Shown in pieces: positions 52,178 through 64,000 of a DNA stretch of 64,000 bases. Both the position numbers and the translations under genes were made by a program. The notes under the pieces were generated by a model, which saw only the letters and a list, made by a program, of their open reading frames with translations, ran no database searches and was not told the origin of the DNA. The stretch's first letter is position 1; every line of letters begins with the position of its first letter. This DNA is from Sphyrna mokarran (taxonomy: Eukaryota), in the NCBI GenBank assembly GCA_024679065.1, contig JAGIQG010000009.1, forward strand, positions 71,734,001 to 71,798,000, read 5' to 3'.

Positions 52178-53090
52178 CGTTGTGTTCTCTTGAATATTGG
52201 GGTGCGCTATCACCACGCGCTAATTTTTTAGCATGTTGGGCCATGAGAATTGCACGTGTACCGATTCATGCGATTCATGTATGCGTTCCCAGTGCATGCA
52301 CATCTCTGAGCCCTAGATATCCAGGTGGGACCATGCTGGAAACTATTTTAATGTAATGTAAATGTAATTATCAGGCCAAGAGTGAATTCTCCAGGCCCAA
52401 TAGCATCTCCCATCCCGCCAGTACAATTTCATTCCAGTGGGGTTTAGAGTAGCTCTTCCCCTCAGGGAGCCAGACAGTGGAGGGGGGGCTACCCCCTGTC
52501 TATAGGCACCCTGGCAGTGTCAGCCTGTGTCTTTTGGCACTGCCTAAGCGGCAAAGTACCCATGCCCATGGCCACATTGGCACTGCCCACTGGGCATGGG
52601 ACAGTGCCAAAGGGGTGGGGCCTAGGGTGAAGCTTAGAGGTGATTGGTGCATGGGAGGTGCTGCCTGTCTGCATTGGGATCTAGTTGGAGCTGGAGGAAG
52701 GCCAGTGATCTGGACAGGCTTGGAGGAGGGGTTTTGCTGGGGCATGGCAGGATGCTGGAGATCATGGTGCTCCTGGACAGGGGCTCAGGGCTGGCCCGGG
52801 AATACATGGGAAGGCATGGGGAGGGCTGGAAGGGCAGCAATGCGATTGTTCCAGGCTGGCCAGATCGGGAACTGCCTGATCGGGAGTTCTGGAACTGCCT
52901 GATTCTGGTATGAATAGACCCCATCCCACCGCTACCCCCCACCCCCTGAATGATGTTTACGATTGTAACGTCTGCATTACACAGAGTGTGGGAGATGCAA
53001 GTGTGAACTTCCACTGAAAGAAAACAATCGTGATTTACACCAGTTTTCTGGTGAATTCAGCATTTAGAATTTTTTGGGAGAATCGTTCCC
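52178..53090. mobile_element. GC-rich non-autonomous Harbinger-type element
   Basis: Internal TGCC/GGCA palindromic repeats; terminal GGGAGAATCG; subterminal sequence shared with 51660-51760. Confidence 0.5.
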
Positions 53091-53109
53091 CCCCAATTCC
53101 TCACTCCTT

Positions 53110-53715
53110 TTCAATTTTATCCTGTTACTAATGTTTTGTTTGCATTTCTGTGGCCTTACCAGGTAGAGATAGTTAAGGATTGTTAGTGGGCGAGAGATGG
53201 AGGTGTGGCAAATTCAGAAGTGTGTGAAACTGGTGGTGCAGTCAGTGGGGTATAGCATTTTGAATGTACATTCACTAACCTTGACCCTTGTGTGAGGTCA
53301 TTGAAATTCTTGCGAGGCTTTATGCTTTCATTACATTCAGATATGTTTGTCAGGGTGAGATTCCTAGCATTGACCATGATGGTTATTTGATCATATGTCT
53401 GTGAGGTTATCTGAGCTCCATGCGGATAGATGGCATATCTCCTCTCCACCTCACCAAGAGCTCCAGTGCAAAATTAGAAAATCTTGGTGCTCTCTCTTTG
53501 CCATGCTTAACCATTCTTATTTTTTCCCTTGATAACATCACATTAAATTTAACTTGAACTGCAACATTTCCTGACTTGTGCATCCATACTCTGCCCGCTT
53601 ATTCCATTTGGATATTTACATTTAAAATTCAATGAAAATGTGTAATAGAATTGTGACATGCGATTAATCAGCGTCTGTTGCTTCCATTGCAGGCTGCATG
53701 TAAAATTCATACCAC
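53110..53715 (-). mobile_element. Harbinger relic with Myb/SANT-like ORF
   Basis: ERRYAIYP...YDQITIMVNA...RKNFNDLT; end TAAAATTCATACC. Confidence 0.6.
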
Positions 53716-53804
53716 TTACTAGTTCAGATGATTGTGGCATGCAGTCAATACTAACCATACAGTTGAGTAGCTCAACACATGGACAAAGGAGTCAGAATCA
53801 TGAT

Positions 53805-54880
53805 AGGCTAGTGTGATTTAAAGTTAGCCTGCACTACTCAATTCCAACCTACACCTCTTGTGTTTTGGCTGAAATAAGAGCATTTTGACAAGGCCAACAC
53901 ACAAGGCTGGCACTTCATTGCAGACACTGGGTTTCAAGAGTTTCTGCTATTGCATCTGAGGCCCTACTGAATGAGATGGGGAGATGGAGAGAGGCTCTGT
54001 ATCCACAGGGAACCAGATAAGCAATGAGAAAGCAACAGGACCAGATAGCTGTCGATGCCAGGGATCTAGTCCTGACAACTTGGATGCTGCAAGAAATTTA
54101 CTGATCTCACATGAGATACAAAGGACAGTGAATTTACCTTTGCTTTAACTTACACCAACTACACTACCCGTTTTGCACACTGCTCAGTTCACCATATCCC
54201 CATCACTCACCTACCAGCAATCTTAGTCAATCATGAGTCATACTCAGTACTCATAGTTTTATCTCGCAGGGTTGGCACTGCTGCAGGCCTCACAGCATAC
54301 AACGTTAGCTATTTAATCATGACAGTCACTGTACCCAAATACGTTGGACAACACTCACTGACATACATTTCTTTCTCTTGCAGGACAAGGTGAACTCCAC
54401 CCAAAGACAGCAGGCTCAAACTGATAGGGGGCAAACCCAGCTGTATCTTTTCACCCCAGTGAATGAGGTAGTGTTTGCCACCATTGTAGTGACTGTGACT
54501 GAGGCAAATGCTGAAGCTGTACCACTGAAATGACTGTGTACTTAAACTGAATCCTATCACTCTCATCCCGTTTCCCCCTCATCTTCTTACCTGTTTTGAT
54601 TTACAACATTGTCAAAGGTATTGCCATACACTTCTTGCTCCCCCTTTCCCCTCCACCCTCCCAAGCTGGCCACTGTCCTAGCCTTGTGCCAATCTCTTTT
54701 CATATATCCAAGGACCACTTCATGGTCAGACAGCAAGGGAAGAGCAGAAAATGGAAGAGGTGGAAGATAATCATGAAGAAGAAACAGCACCTTTTCTCTG
54801 AGAATAACTTCAAAATCAGAACACATATGGAGAGATATTGGGCTTGACTGGCCTGCAAAGCCAGGGACAAGGGTACTGCA
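53805..54880 (+). mobile_element. Second Harbinger Myb/SANT relic
   Basis: ASEALLNEMGRWREALYPQG...QDQIAV...CKKFTDLT at ~53950-54110. Confidence 0.55.
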
Positions 54881-54889
54881 GAAGCCAAC

Positions 54890-55180
54890 TCATCGAGTCT
54901 CTATTGTGTAGAAGAGAGCCTTTTAGTTCATTGAATCTGCACCAACAACAATCCCACCCAGGCCCTATTCCCATAACCCACACATTTACCTTAGCTAGTC
55001 CCCCCGACACTAAGGGGCAATTTAGCATGGCCAATCCACCTAACCCACACATTTTGGACTGCAGGAAGAAACCGGAACACCTGGAGGAAATGCTCAGGGA
55101 GAACGTGCAAACTCCACATAGACAGTGACCCAAGTCAGGAATTGAACCCGGGTCTCTGGAGCTGTTCTAACCACTGTGCT
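54890..55180 (-). mobile_element. HE1/V-SINE type A
   Basis: Head, core, tail A. Confidence 0.85.
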
Positions 55181-55319
55181 ACTGGGCTGCTCATGGAGGC
55201 TAAGTGCCAAAATCTCCATTCCCATGGGCAGTAGTGGCAGGGGCAAATGACATTGAAGGATTCTGGCCAAAAACAAAACTGGGCACTATGGAGCTAAATG
55301 GTGCAGCCTTAATTTTCAG

Positions 55320-55730
55320 CAGGTTATACTGATTCGAAAAGATTAAAAGATCTTTCTTTCTCTCTTGAAAATGGAAGTCTAACAAATGCTGAAAGACTTT
55401 GATTGAGGAAACACAGATTGTGGTTCCACTGAGATGAACAATACTGAAGACTATCAATGTGAAATAGTCACCAAGAAGTCAAACGGGGAATTCAGAAGAA
55501 ATATATTTAGCCTAGAGAATAGTTGGAATTTGAATTGAAGGAGTAAGTGAGGTGAATCATTGAGATGCACATAAAGGAGAGTGAGATATACAGAGAAGGC
55601 AGAGGAGAATAGAGAGTTATGCTAATAAGGTTACATGAAGAAGAATGCGAAGAGGCTCCAGTGGAGTATAAATGTTGGCATGGAAGTGGTTAAGCTAAAG
55701 GTTATGTTTCTGTGCAGTATGCTCAATGTG
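55320..55730 (+). mobile_element. Old CR1 3' fragment (similar one at ~50400-50650)
   Basis: GGGAATTCAGAAGAAATATATTTAGCCTAGAG; CR1-type 3' UTR ending. Confidence 0.5.
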
Positions 55731-56395
55731 AACCCATGTAATAACTGCACTTAGGTGCAATAATGCAGGACAGTACCAGATCAACGCGGCTTTTTAAAGT
55801 TGCAGCTTTGAGTGAATTTGCTCATACTTCGAGGAAGCAAAAATTACCATCTCTCTAATCCTGATCCACATCCATTAGTGCTGTCAGCACACTTGCTTGT
55901 CTTGTAACTACATTAAAGCACCTCAAGTAAAACCTACTCTTCGCTGAGCTGGGATGACTTAAATAAATTGACCTGTCCTTTTGTGTTGTAGATGAATTAT
56001 GAATTGAACACCAAGTCAGAGTCAATCTACAACGTTGCACAGTCAGTTTGTGGGAAGCTAGCAGGGAATAAGCAGAAAGAGCTTTCCTGCAATTTGGTAA
56101 ATATAACAAACAAGAGCAAAAACCATTAAAAATTGAAGCAATTTGTGCATTAATGGGCCTGTTGTGCATTTTCAAGCAAACCGGATATTAGCATCGCTTG
56201 ATTGAGGCTGATCCAATGTACCTAAATGTGAGTGTCTCCCAATTGGCTTCTCATCATAAAAATGCAAAATCAATATTTGTTCCTGCATTCCTGTATTTTG
56301 ACTGAAATAAGCTATTCCTAGATCAAGTATCAATCACACATTGTTGTAAATGATCAGCACCGATTTCCATCAAAGGAACTAGTAATTCTAAAGAA

Positions 56396-56697
56396 AGTTT
56401 TAAAGTTATTTATTAGTGTCACAAATAGCTTTATATTACTACTGCAGTGAAGTTACTGTGAAAATCCCTTAGTTGCCACACTCCAGCACCTGTTCACTTT
56501 ATCATGGAGAATTTAGCATGGCCTATCAACCTAACCCACACATCTTTGAGTGCCGGAGGAAACTGAAGCAGCTGGAGGAAACCCATGCAAACACGGGGAG
56601 AATGTGTAGATTCTGCATAGATAGTGACCCAAGCTGAGAATTGAACCCGGGTCCCTGGCACTGTGAGTCAGTAGTGCTAACCAATGTGCCATTTCCG
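56396..56697 (-). mobile_element. V-SINE type B
   Basis: Head, core, tail B. Confidence 0.85.
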
Positions 56698-57409
56698 CAT
56701 TTATATCCATAGGTACTGACTCTGCCAATTGTTGCAAATGTGAATGTCAGTGCTAATTAATTTTTATCGCAAAACCTATGATTTTATTTCAAACATACAG
56801 ACATGGATATTTAATAGTGTGACATAATGAGATTAGCGCAGTGATTTATTGCAACATTAGAGAGATCGAAGGAGATTATTTAGCTTATCCAGGTCATTCA
56901 TAAATCCTTTCAGGTTAAGTGCTGTTGGGTTCATGGATTCAAGACAAATATCTTCAAAAGTTGAGATGCCAAATACATTAGTGATCTGATACCCAACCTA
57001 TCAACAGAGAGATAGGTTGGAGATTAAAATCTCATGTTGTACAGTTGAGAGTCAAATGAGGAGTAAAGTAGCATATCCGACTGAGAGACAGGATGGGAAT
57101 CATTGGTCTTAACCTTTCAAGATCCAGAATAGCAAAATCAGGACTGAAGTTGCTGTTGTGCATCAGGGCCTGATGGATGTCCTGATGTGTGCACATTTAT
57201 TGAAATTGGCAGGAAGTTTAAACTTCATATGGATTGATTTACACAGCTCAGGACACTACACAAATATCTCTGATAGCTCAGAATCGGAGCCTTGTGCTAG
57301 ACATGTGAGACTTTCCCAACATTTAGTCTGGAAATGTGCACTGCTTCAAACCTGTTCTATCTCAATAATTAGCCAGTGTAATTGAATGGTGCACCATAAC
57401 TGACCTCCA

Positions 57410-57810
57410 ACCACCTCCACCTGACCCAACTCTCTCTTTCAGCAGTCTCCCCCCAAGGCAATGATTTCCCCCACAAAGACAACCATCCTTCCAACCTTCC
57501 TACCTCCAAATTGACTTATCCCTTGACCGGACTACTCCCTAATTTGACAATCCCACTGACCCGGTACCTTCCCTTGACCCGACTACCACCCCCTTGACCT
57601 GATTACCCACTTGATCTGACTACTTCTCTAATTGAACTACCATCTGTAACTGACTACACTCTCCAAACCAAGTACCCCATCCTCCCTACCTCCACCCACC
57701 CCCTACCCCAGCCCGATCCAACTATTTCCCCTGGCTTATCCCAAACCAATTACCTCCTTGAACCTACTTAACCTGATCTGCCTACCTCATTGACCCAACC
57801 TGAATAGCGA
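57410..57810 (+). repeat. Degenerate pyrimidine-rich minisatellite
   Basis: Recurring TTGACCCGACTAC-like units. Confidence 0.7.
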
Positions 57811-58209
57811 ACCCTTACCAACTCCTGTACTCTCAGAAGCCAAGAGGCTTCTTTTGAAAGAGGGTGGGATGGACATCCCTGGAGGAGTCTTTTGATCTTT
57901 AAATATTTTTTGTAGCCAGCTCTGACCATGTTTGAAGTGACATTTCATGATGCCCATTCTGACGAAGGTTTTACTTAACCTAAAGGTTTTAAAATGGAAA
58001 TGTACTTTTAAAATAGTTATCCTTAAATTCTGTAATATAATTTCACACTATCAATACCATTTGATCAGGTCATTGAAAGTATTGGCTTAATGTACTATTT
58101 TACTGGAGATTCAGTTGGGCTAGGAACAGAAGTCCATGTATTCACAGAGTCCTTACATTGCTTGTTAGGAACCAGATCAGACACTCCAATGTGTTTAATG
58201 AAGTTAGTC

Positions 58210-58933
58210 TAGAACTCAACTTTCACCTTTGATTTTGGCATTATGGTGAGCATATGATGTTTCACTCCAGGTATTATTCAATTGACCCACTCGGAAGCTT
58301 TTATCAAAACAAACTTAATTTAGCATATTACAAAAATTAGCATAACCTTTACCAATTAACATACTGAAACATGGCCATGTCTATTTTTGAATAGCTATCT
58401 ACCTCCATTGTTCCAATTTAGCAGTAATCCCATAAACATAAATCCCTTCTTCAAACTACTTCACACCAAAAGCAGATATATCACGTGGATACTGGATTTC
58501 CAATCTTTTAATATCCCTTATGTTAAAAGAGACCCAGATGGACATCTGTCTTCTGATTCTCATATAATCATCTCCAGAAAAAAAATCCCCAAATAGCAGA
58601 ATCTCTTATTCCTTGGCAGATTCTAGTCTCCATTTTCAGAGAAGAAAGGTGAAGCACTGCACTCTAACAAATCAAAGCAGCAAAGAAGCTTGAGTTCTCT
58701 GCGTAAGTCTAGCTCCACACAATCACTCAATTTTACTTTAAACAATCCAATCTAGACCTATTCTGCAAACTCCCCTCCCCCCCCACAAACAACAGGATAG
58801 ATTTAGTCCAGATTAAAATAAACATTCTAACAATTAGGAACAGTTATGCTGCTATAGTAACAGTAGAGGGTGCTTGTTATAGGCAAGTACATCCTGCATA
58901 AGAAACATTTCTTAAAGGCACAGTACTGTCACA
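58210..58933 (-). mobile_element. Putative solo LTR related to the 37745 element
   Basis: Begins TGTGAC on minus; shared motifs as above. Confidence 0.45.
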
Positions 58934-59913
58934 TACTGCTCTGAAGATCAGATCAGAGAATCTGACACTACGACAATGACAAAATCTAGTCAGTTACTTA
59001 GACTACATTTCCCTAAGAGGAAATTGAAGTTTCCTGGCTTATGAACGCTGACAAGTTTCTTCAATCAATAAAAACAGAGGCCAGAACTCTAATTTTTGGA
59101 ATACTAAATTTCAGATGACTTAACAATAAGGGCCTAAGGAGGAAGAGCATACCATAAGCAAATAAACAGAATACTGGGGCAAAAATTGTATAAGGCATTG
59201 GCAGCAAAGAAAAGAAACCAGAGATTTAGGAATCAGGTAAAATCAGAAACAAGCATCGAAATTGGAACAACAATTGTGTGGAAAATAGCAATGATTTATT
59301 GTATTTATTACAGACGATAGTGGTAATGCAATCAGCCAGATACGTAATATGATAGGATGTTCATCCAAGCCTATTGAGAAAATGGTAATCAAGAATGATA
59401 GACAGATTAGAAGTTTCATTAACATCAAGAATGAATATATACAGAAAGGAATGCTGCAATATCAGAACATATTGGGAACATATAACCAGCCATTCATTTT
59501 CTGAAAGAGAAAGTTACCAACCGAAAGCTGAAATACATCTTTATTTTTGCACATTTTGAGATCATGGCAGAATGGATATTATCCATCCAAATTATATGCT
59601 TTTTTAATGATCCACTGCTGGAATGGGCAATGTTCCATTCCACATTCCTCATGTCTATTCCACAACAATCTTCTTGGCCAAGAAAGATTCAATTCAGTTG
59701 ATGTTATTTGCACTAACTCCATTTCTATCTCTCAGATATTACTGTATACTCCAAGGGATGTCTAAGGATGGGAGGGGAGTGGGTGATCCAATCTGTTATG
59801 CAGAACGCGAGCCGGGGCATCAACGTAGCTTTAATTTAAGTGAGTAGAAGTGATAAAAGTGGTTTAAATAAAAACATAGAGTAAGTAAAACCATGGTTGC
59901 CAGTATGAGAAAC

Positions 59914-60590
59914 TGATTTTGATTTTGATTTGATTTGATTTGATTTATTATTGTCACATGTATTAATATATAGTGAAAAGTATTGTTTCTTGCGTGCTAT
60001 ACAAAGCATACCATTTCTAGAGAAGGAAATGAGAGAGTGCAGAATGTAGTGTTACAGTCATAGCTAGAGAGTAGAGAAAGATCAAAGTAATGCAAGGTAA
60101 GTCCATTCAAAAGTCTGACAGCAGCAGGGGTGAGTTATTCCTGAGTTGGTTGGTACATGACCTCAGACTTTTGTATCTTTTTCTTGAAGGAAGAAGATGG
60201 AACAGAGAATGTTCAGGGTGCGCAAGGTCCTTAATTATACTGGCTGCTTTGCCGAGGTAACAGGAAGTGTAGATTGAATCAATGAATGGGAGGCCTGTTT
60301 GCGTGATGGATTGGGCTACTTTCACAACCTTTTGTAGTTTCTTGCGGTCTTGGGCAGAGCACGAGCAGTAGCAAGCTGTCATACAACCAGAAAGAATGTT
60401 TTCTATAGTGCATCTGGAAAAGTTGGTGTGAGTTGTAGCTGACACACCCAATTTCCTTAGTCTTCTGAGAATGCAGCGACATTGGTGGGCTTTCTTAACT
60501 ATATTGTAATTATGGGGAGATACCAGGTTAGGTTGTTGATGATCTGGACACTGAAAAACCTGAAGCTCTCAACCCTTTCTACTTTGTCTC
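59914..60590 (-). mobile_element. Rex1/Babar LINE 3' fragment
   Basis: ORF 60107-60451 CTIENILSGCMTA...AQDRKKLQKVVK; (GATTT)n tail. Confidence 0.83.
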
Positions 60591-61420
60591 TGTGATGAGA
60601 ATGACTGAAGTATCTCAGACATATAACTGCATGTAAAACTGAAACAAAGTAGTCACCTTAAACTCTTCTTTTTGAGGAACATGATTAACTTTCATATCCA
60701 GGTTCCACCAATGTCCTCCAGTCATTTCAGACACTAAGGAATACAAATATTTTTCTGTCCCAGTCTACTGGGACATCCTTCTGACTGAAGAAAAAATCCC
60801 CATGTCCTTTGAGAATAAAGCTGACACACACTCTGTGATGGAAATTATTGAATTTGCCTTTTTCTAGCGATTTTGTTAACTATTCCGAGAAAATACAAGA
60901 ATCGTCTACACCATTTGGTGTCCCTGGTCCAAGGTCGTGAATGCGATCTATCTTTGAACGCAGATCATTTCTGGAAGTTACCCTGAGGTGCAAAAGCAGA
61001 TCGCCATTAATGTAGAATTCTGAGGAGGCTTTAAATTCCCTAACGTTACTCTTTAAGCAGTTTTTGATGCAGCAAGAATGTAACATACTCAGCCTTAAAG
61101 CAGGCTCCTGTGAGGCTTGTTTTCAGGCTGAGTTTATACATTCACAATCTGCATGTGCATGTCTCTGTTGCACTGCCTCAGCCCACACACCAACTCAGTT
61201 ACACCTGAAAGTTGCTGATACACTGATCTCTGTTACGTTTTGCAAGGAGGTGATTTCTGCACACCTTGCTCAATGTGTAATTTACTTTCTAACCATTATA
61301 TCATTCTTCAGTTATTTCTTATATCCACGTGGTACATTCATTATTTAGAACTAAGGCTGACAATACGAAGAAATGGTGAACTGGGGAAATGCTTTAATGG
61401 AGAAAATAGTCAGTTCAGTA

Positions 61421-61533
61421 GGGCCAGAATTCTCCAATCTCATTTGCCTTGCTACAACTGCTAGCAAGAATGGAAAATTTTCGTTCTCCACCAAACCTCC
61501 ATGCATAAGAGTAGGACCAAACAATTCTAGCCG
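61421..61533. mobile_element. MITE, same family
   Basis: GGGCCAGAATTCTCC / AATTCTAGCC. Confidence 0.55.
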
Positions 61534-61741
61534 CAGATGAGGTCAGAGAACTTTCATATGAAATGTGGGCATCTTTTCATCTGTGAGGGAGGATGAAAAT
61601 GCAGCTCCAATCCACTTAGGTGTGAAGCCTTCATATGGCACAGCCTTGCTAATAGCTGAATGTGCCAATTCTTGAGAAGTAGGTTCTACCATAAGCACCA
61701 CATATGAAGCTGCCAAATGTCATTATGGATTCATGTTTTTG

Positions 61742-62070
61742 GTGTTAGTTAGTTAGTTAGTTAGTTATTTGTTAGTGTCACGAATAGGCTTACATTAACA
61801 CTGCAATGAAATTACTGTAAAACCTCCTGGACGCCACACTCCGGCATATGTTTGAGTATACTGAAGGAGAATTTAGTATGGCTGATGCACCTAACTAGCA
61901 GGTCTTTCAGACCTGAAAGCATTCACAGGAAGAAACTGAAGCACTCACAGGAAACCCATACAGACGTGGGGAGAATATGCAAACTCTGCACAAACATTGA
62001 CCCAAGCCAGGAATCAAACCTGCGTCCTGGCTCTGGGAGAACAGTGTTAACTACCATGTCACCATGCCAC
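61742..62070 (-). mobile_element. V-SINE type B with (TTAG)n tail expansion
   Basis: Head, core, tail B. Confidence 0.85.
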
Positions 62071-64000
62071 CCACTTGGTACTTGCTGCCAAGCAGTTGTA
62101 GCAACTGATTTTTTAGTACTGCATGCCAGCCAACAGTAGGTGTCACCATTTCCTTCTTTGGCAGTTAGAGACTCCCAGCTGTGGTAGTTATTGTTCAGGG
62201 CCTTCAAGACACACTTATAAGAACTTGAAGTGGAGTCTTGGGTGCCCCACTAGTTGTCTGCCTCATGGGTCTTCCTTCCTGAGGATGTACCTGATCAAAG
62301 AAGCCATGTCTGTTTGATTTGTGCCAAAACACTTGGTGGTCTGTCTGTAAGATGGAGAATTTATAATTTTATCCTGTCACAATAGATCCATAATGCACTA
62401 CCAGTATCAAATTTAGACATTAGTGAGTCTTTTTTTCTGATAGCAGGAAGTCGAATGTCTTAATTTATTAAACAATTTACAGTGAGTTGGTATGTATTGT
62501 AGCCGGAAGTGTAAATTGAACAACTTGTCCCATGACCATGGTTTTCTTGATATTTATAGTCAGGGAGCACGATTTACAGATATGGGAAAAGTAGTCCAAA
62601 AGTTTTTGTCACCCAGTTTCTGTATATGGGGCTAGAACACTGGACTCATGCATACCTCAGGAACTGAGTCTATCCTCCAAGAGCAACATAGAGGAGCTCC
62701 CTGGTCGGGTTGCAGTGTGTTTTTCACCATCACTTTCAGTTTAGATAGGTTATAGAGCAAGTAAATGTGCAAGTAAACTCATTCTTTATCTGCAAGGAAG
62801 ACAAAGGTCGGGACCATGGAGAAGTGAAGCCAAACAGAATGAGGGCTCCAACACAAGTGTTTTCCAAAACTGATCAGAAGAATTGTTTCTTCTCTGTCCT
62901 TTTCCTGTCTGTTCCAGGACATTGTGCGGTTCGGAGATGGACTCATGCTGGTTGTGGTTACACAGTTCGTAAGTGGAATAGGTTTATATTTCACCTCCAC
63001 AATATGCTTGCTGAAACCTTTATCTGGCACAATTGATGCTAAAGTAATCACTATCCTCTGAATTTTTATCTCTTGTTTCTCTAATTCCAGACAGATCAGC
63101 CTACAGCTTCCCTCTCAGATTCCTCATGCCTAAATCATCATTCAATCTTATACTGTATCTTCTTTAGGGTGCAACCCTTCAATCCTGCTTACTTTCATCA
63201 CTCTGTTACTGTCTAACTGTCTATAGATTTTTAAATATGCCGGATTAGCCACCATGACTTGATTTACCTTCTGTTTCCTCTGGAGGCTTTTCAACCTTGT
63301 GCAGTGGACCTTGGCCTGACAGCAACTCTGTTGGTTGAAAAAAAATAAAGTTTCCATCTAAGGTTAATGCCAGAGCTGTAGCTAATATACTTTAATCATC
63401 AATTGATGAATATTTTTAATGTTCTTTAATTTAAGCATGCACACCCACAGATTTGAGGGTGGATTGAAGCTAGGAGTCCAATTAAAAATCAAATTGCACT
63501 CCTTAATAGCCCATCTCCTTCCTCTTTGGCAGGATTTGAAATTCAGTTCTCTAAGGCTTAGAGTATTATTTTTCATTACTTGTACTCATCTGTTTGACAC
63601 TCCGGGCAAATGGAGAAAAAAAATGCTTCAGAAATCTTCATTGGTAAGAAAGCTGTTAGAAGCTGAGTTATTGTCTTTGAAATGTGTTGCGGCAGGACTC
63701 AGTGAGGAGGCTTTGTCTCAGCTGCTTCATTTGCGGGTGATTTTTCATCTTAAATAACCCAATCTACAAAGAAAGCTGAGGTGTAAATTTATGCCATTTT
63801 TTATTTCGCAAGACATAAATTTCTCTCTGGCACGCTGTGTAAGTAGACTTGTTTCAGCTAATGGGATGTCACACTGTGTGAAATCTGACTCGCAATGTTT
63901 GTCATCATCTCATTTTTGCCTCAATCACTCTTTGGGATGAAACAGGATTGTCACTCTCCCCAAATGGTCCGATTAATTGACTGGGATTTTAAGTTAGGCA

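Overview
Eukaryotic, AT-rich, repeat-dense DNA. It is almost certainly from a shark or other elasmobranch, inferred from many HE1/V-SINE copies plus a SacSINE/DeuSINE-like copy. I found no supportable host protein-coding exon, so this looks like a gene desert or large intron, with several repeat-free islands that may be conserved enhancers. The window holds nested transposon relics: Gypsy LTR elements, CR1, L2, Rex1/Babar, L1, RTE, PIF/Harbinger elements and their MITEs, and several SINE families. The main signal is a family of Penelope-like elements (RT + GIY-YIG) carrying minimal hammerhead ribozymes whose stem II differs between copies but stays paired. Two insertions (5612-7265 and 47152-47282) have perfect 14-bp and 12-bp target-site duplications plus 5' inversions with twin-priming geometry, a mechanism best documented for L1. 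Other oddities are two ~250-300 bp near-perfect local inverted duplications, a duplicated L1-SINE junction 19 kb apart, and V-SINEs with two alternative LINE-type tails. All calls come from reading the sequence only. Boundaries of old elements are approximate.
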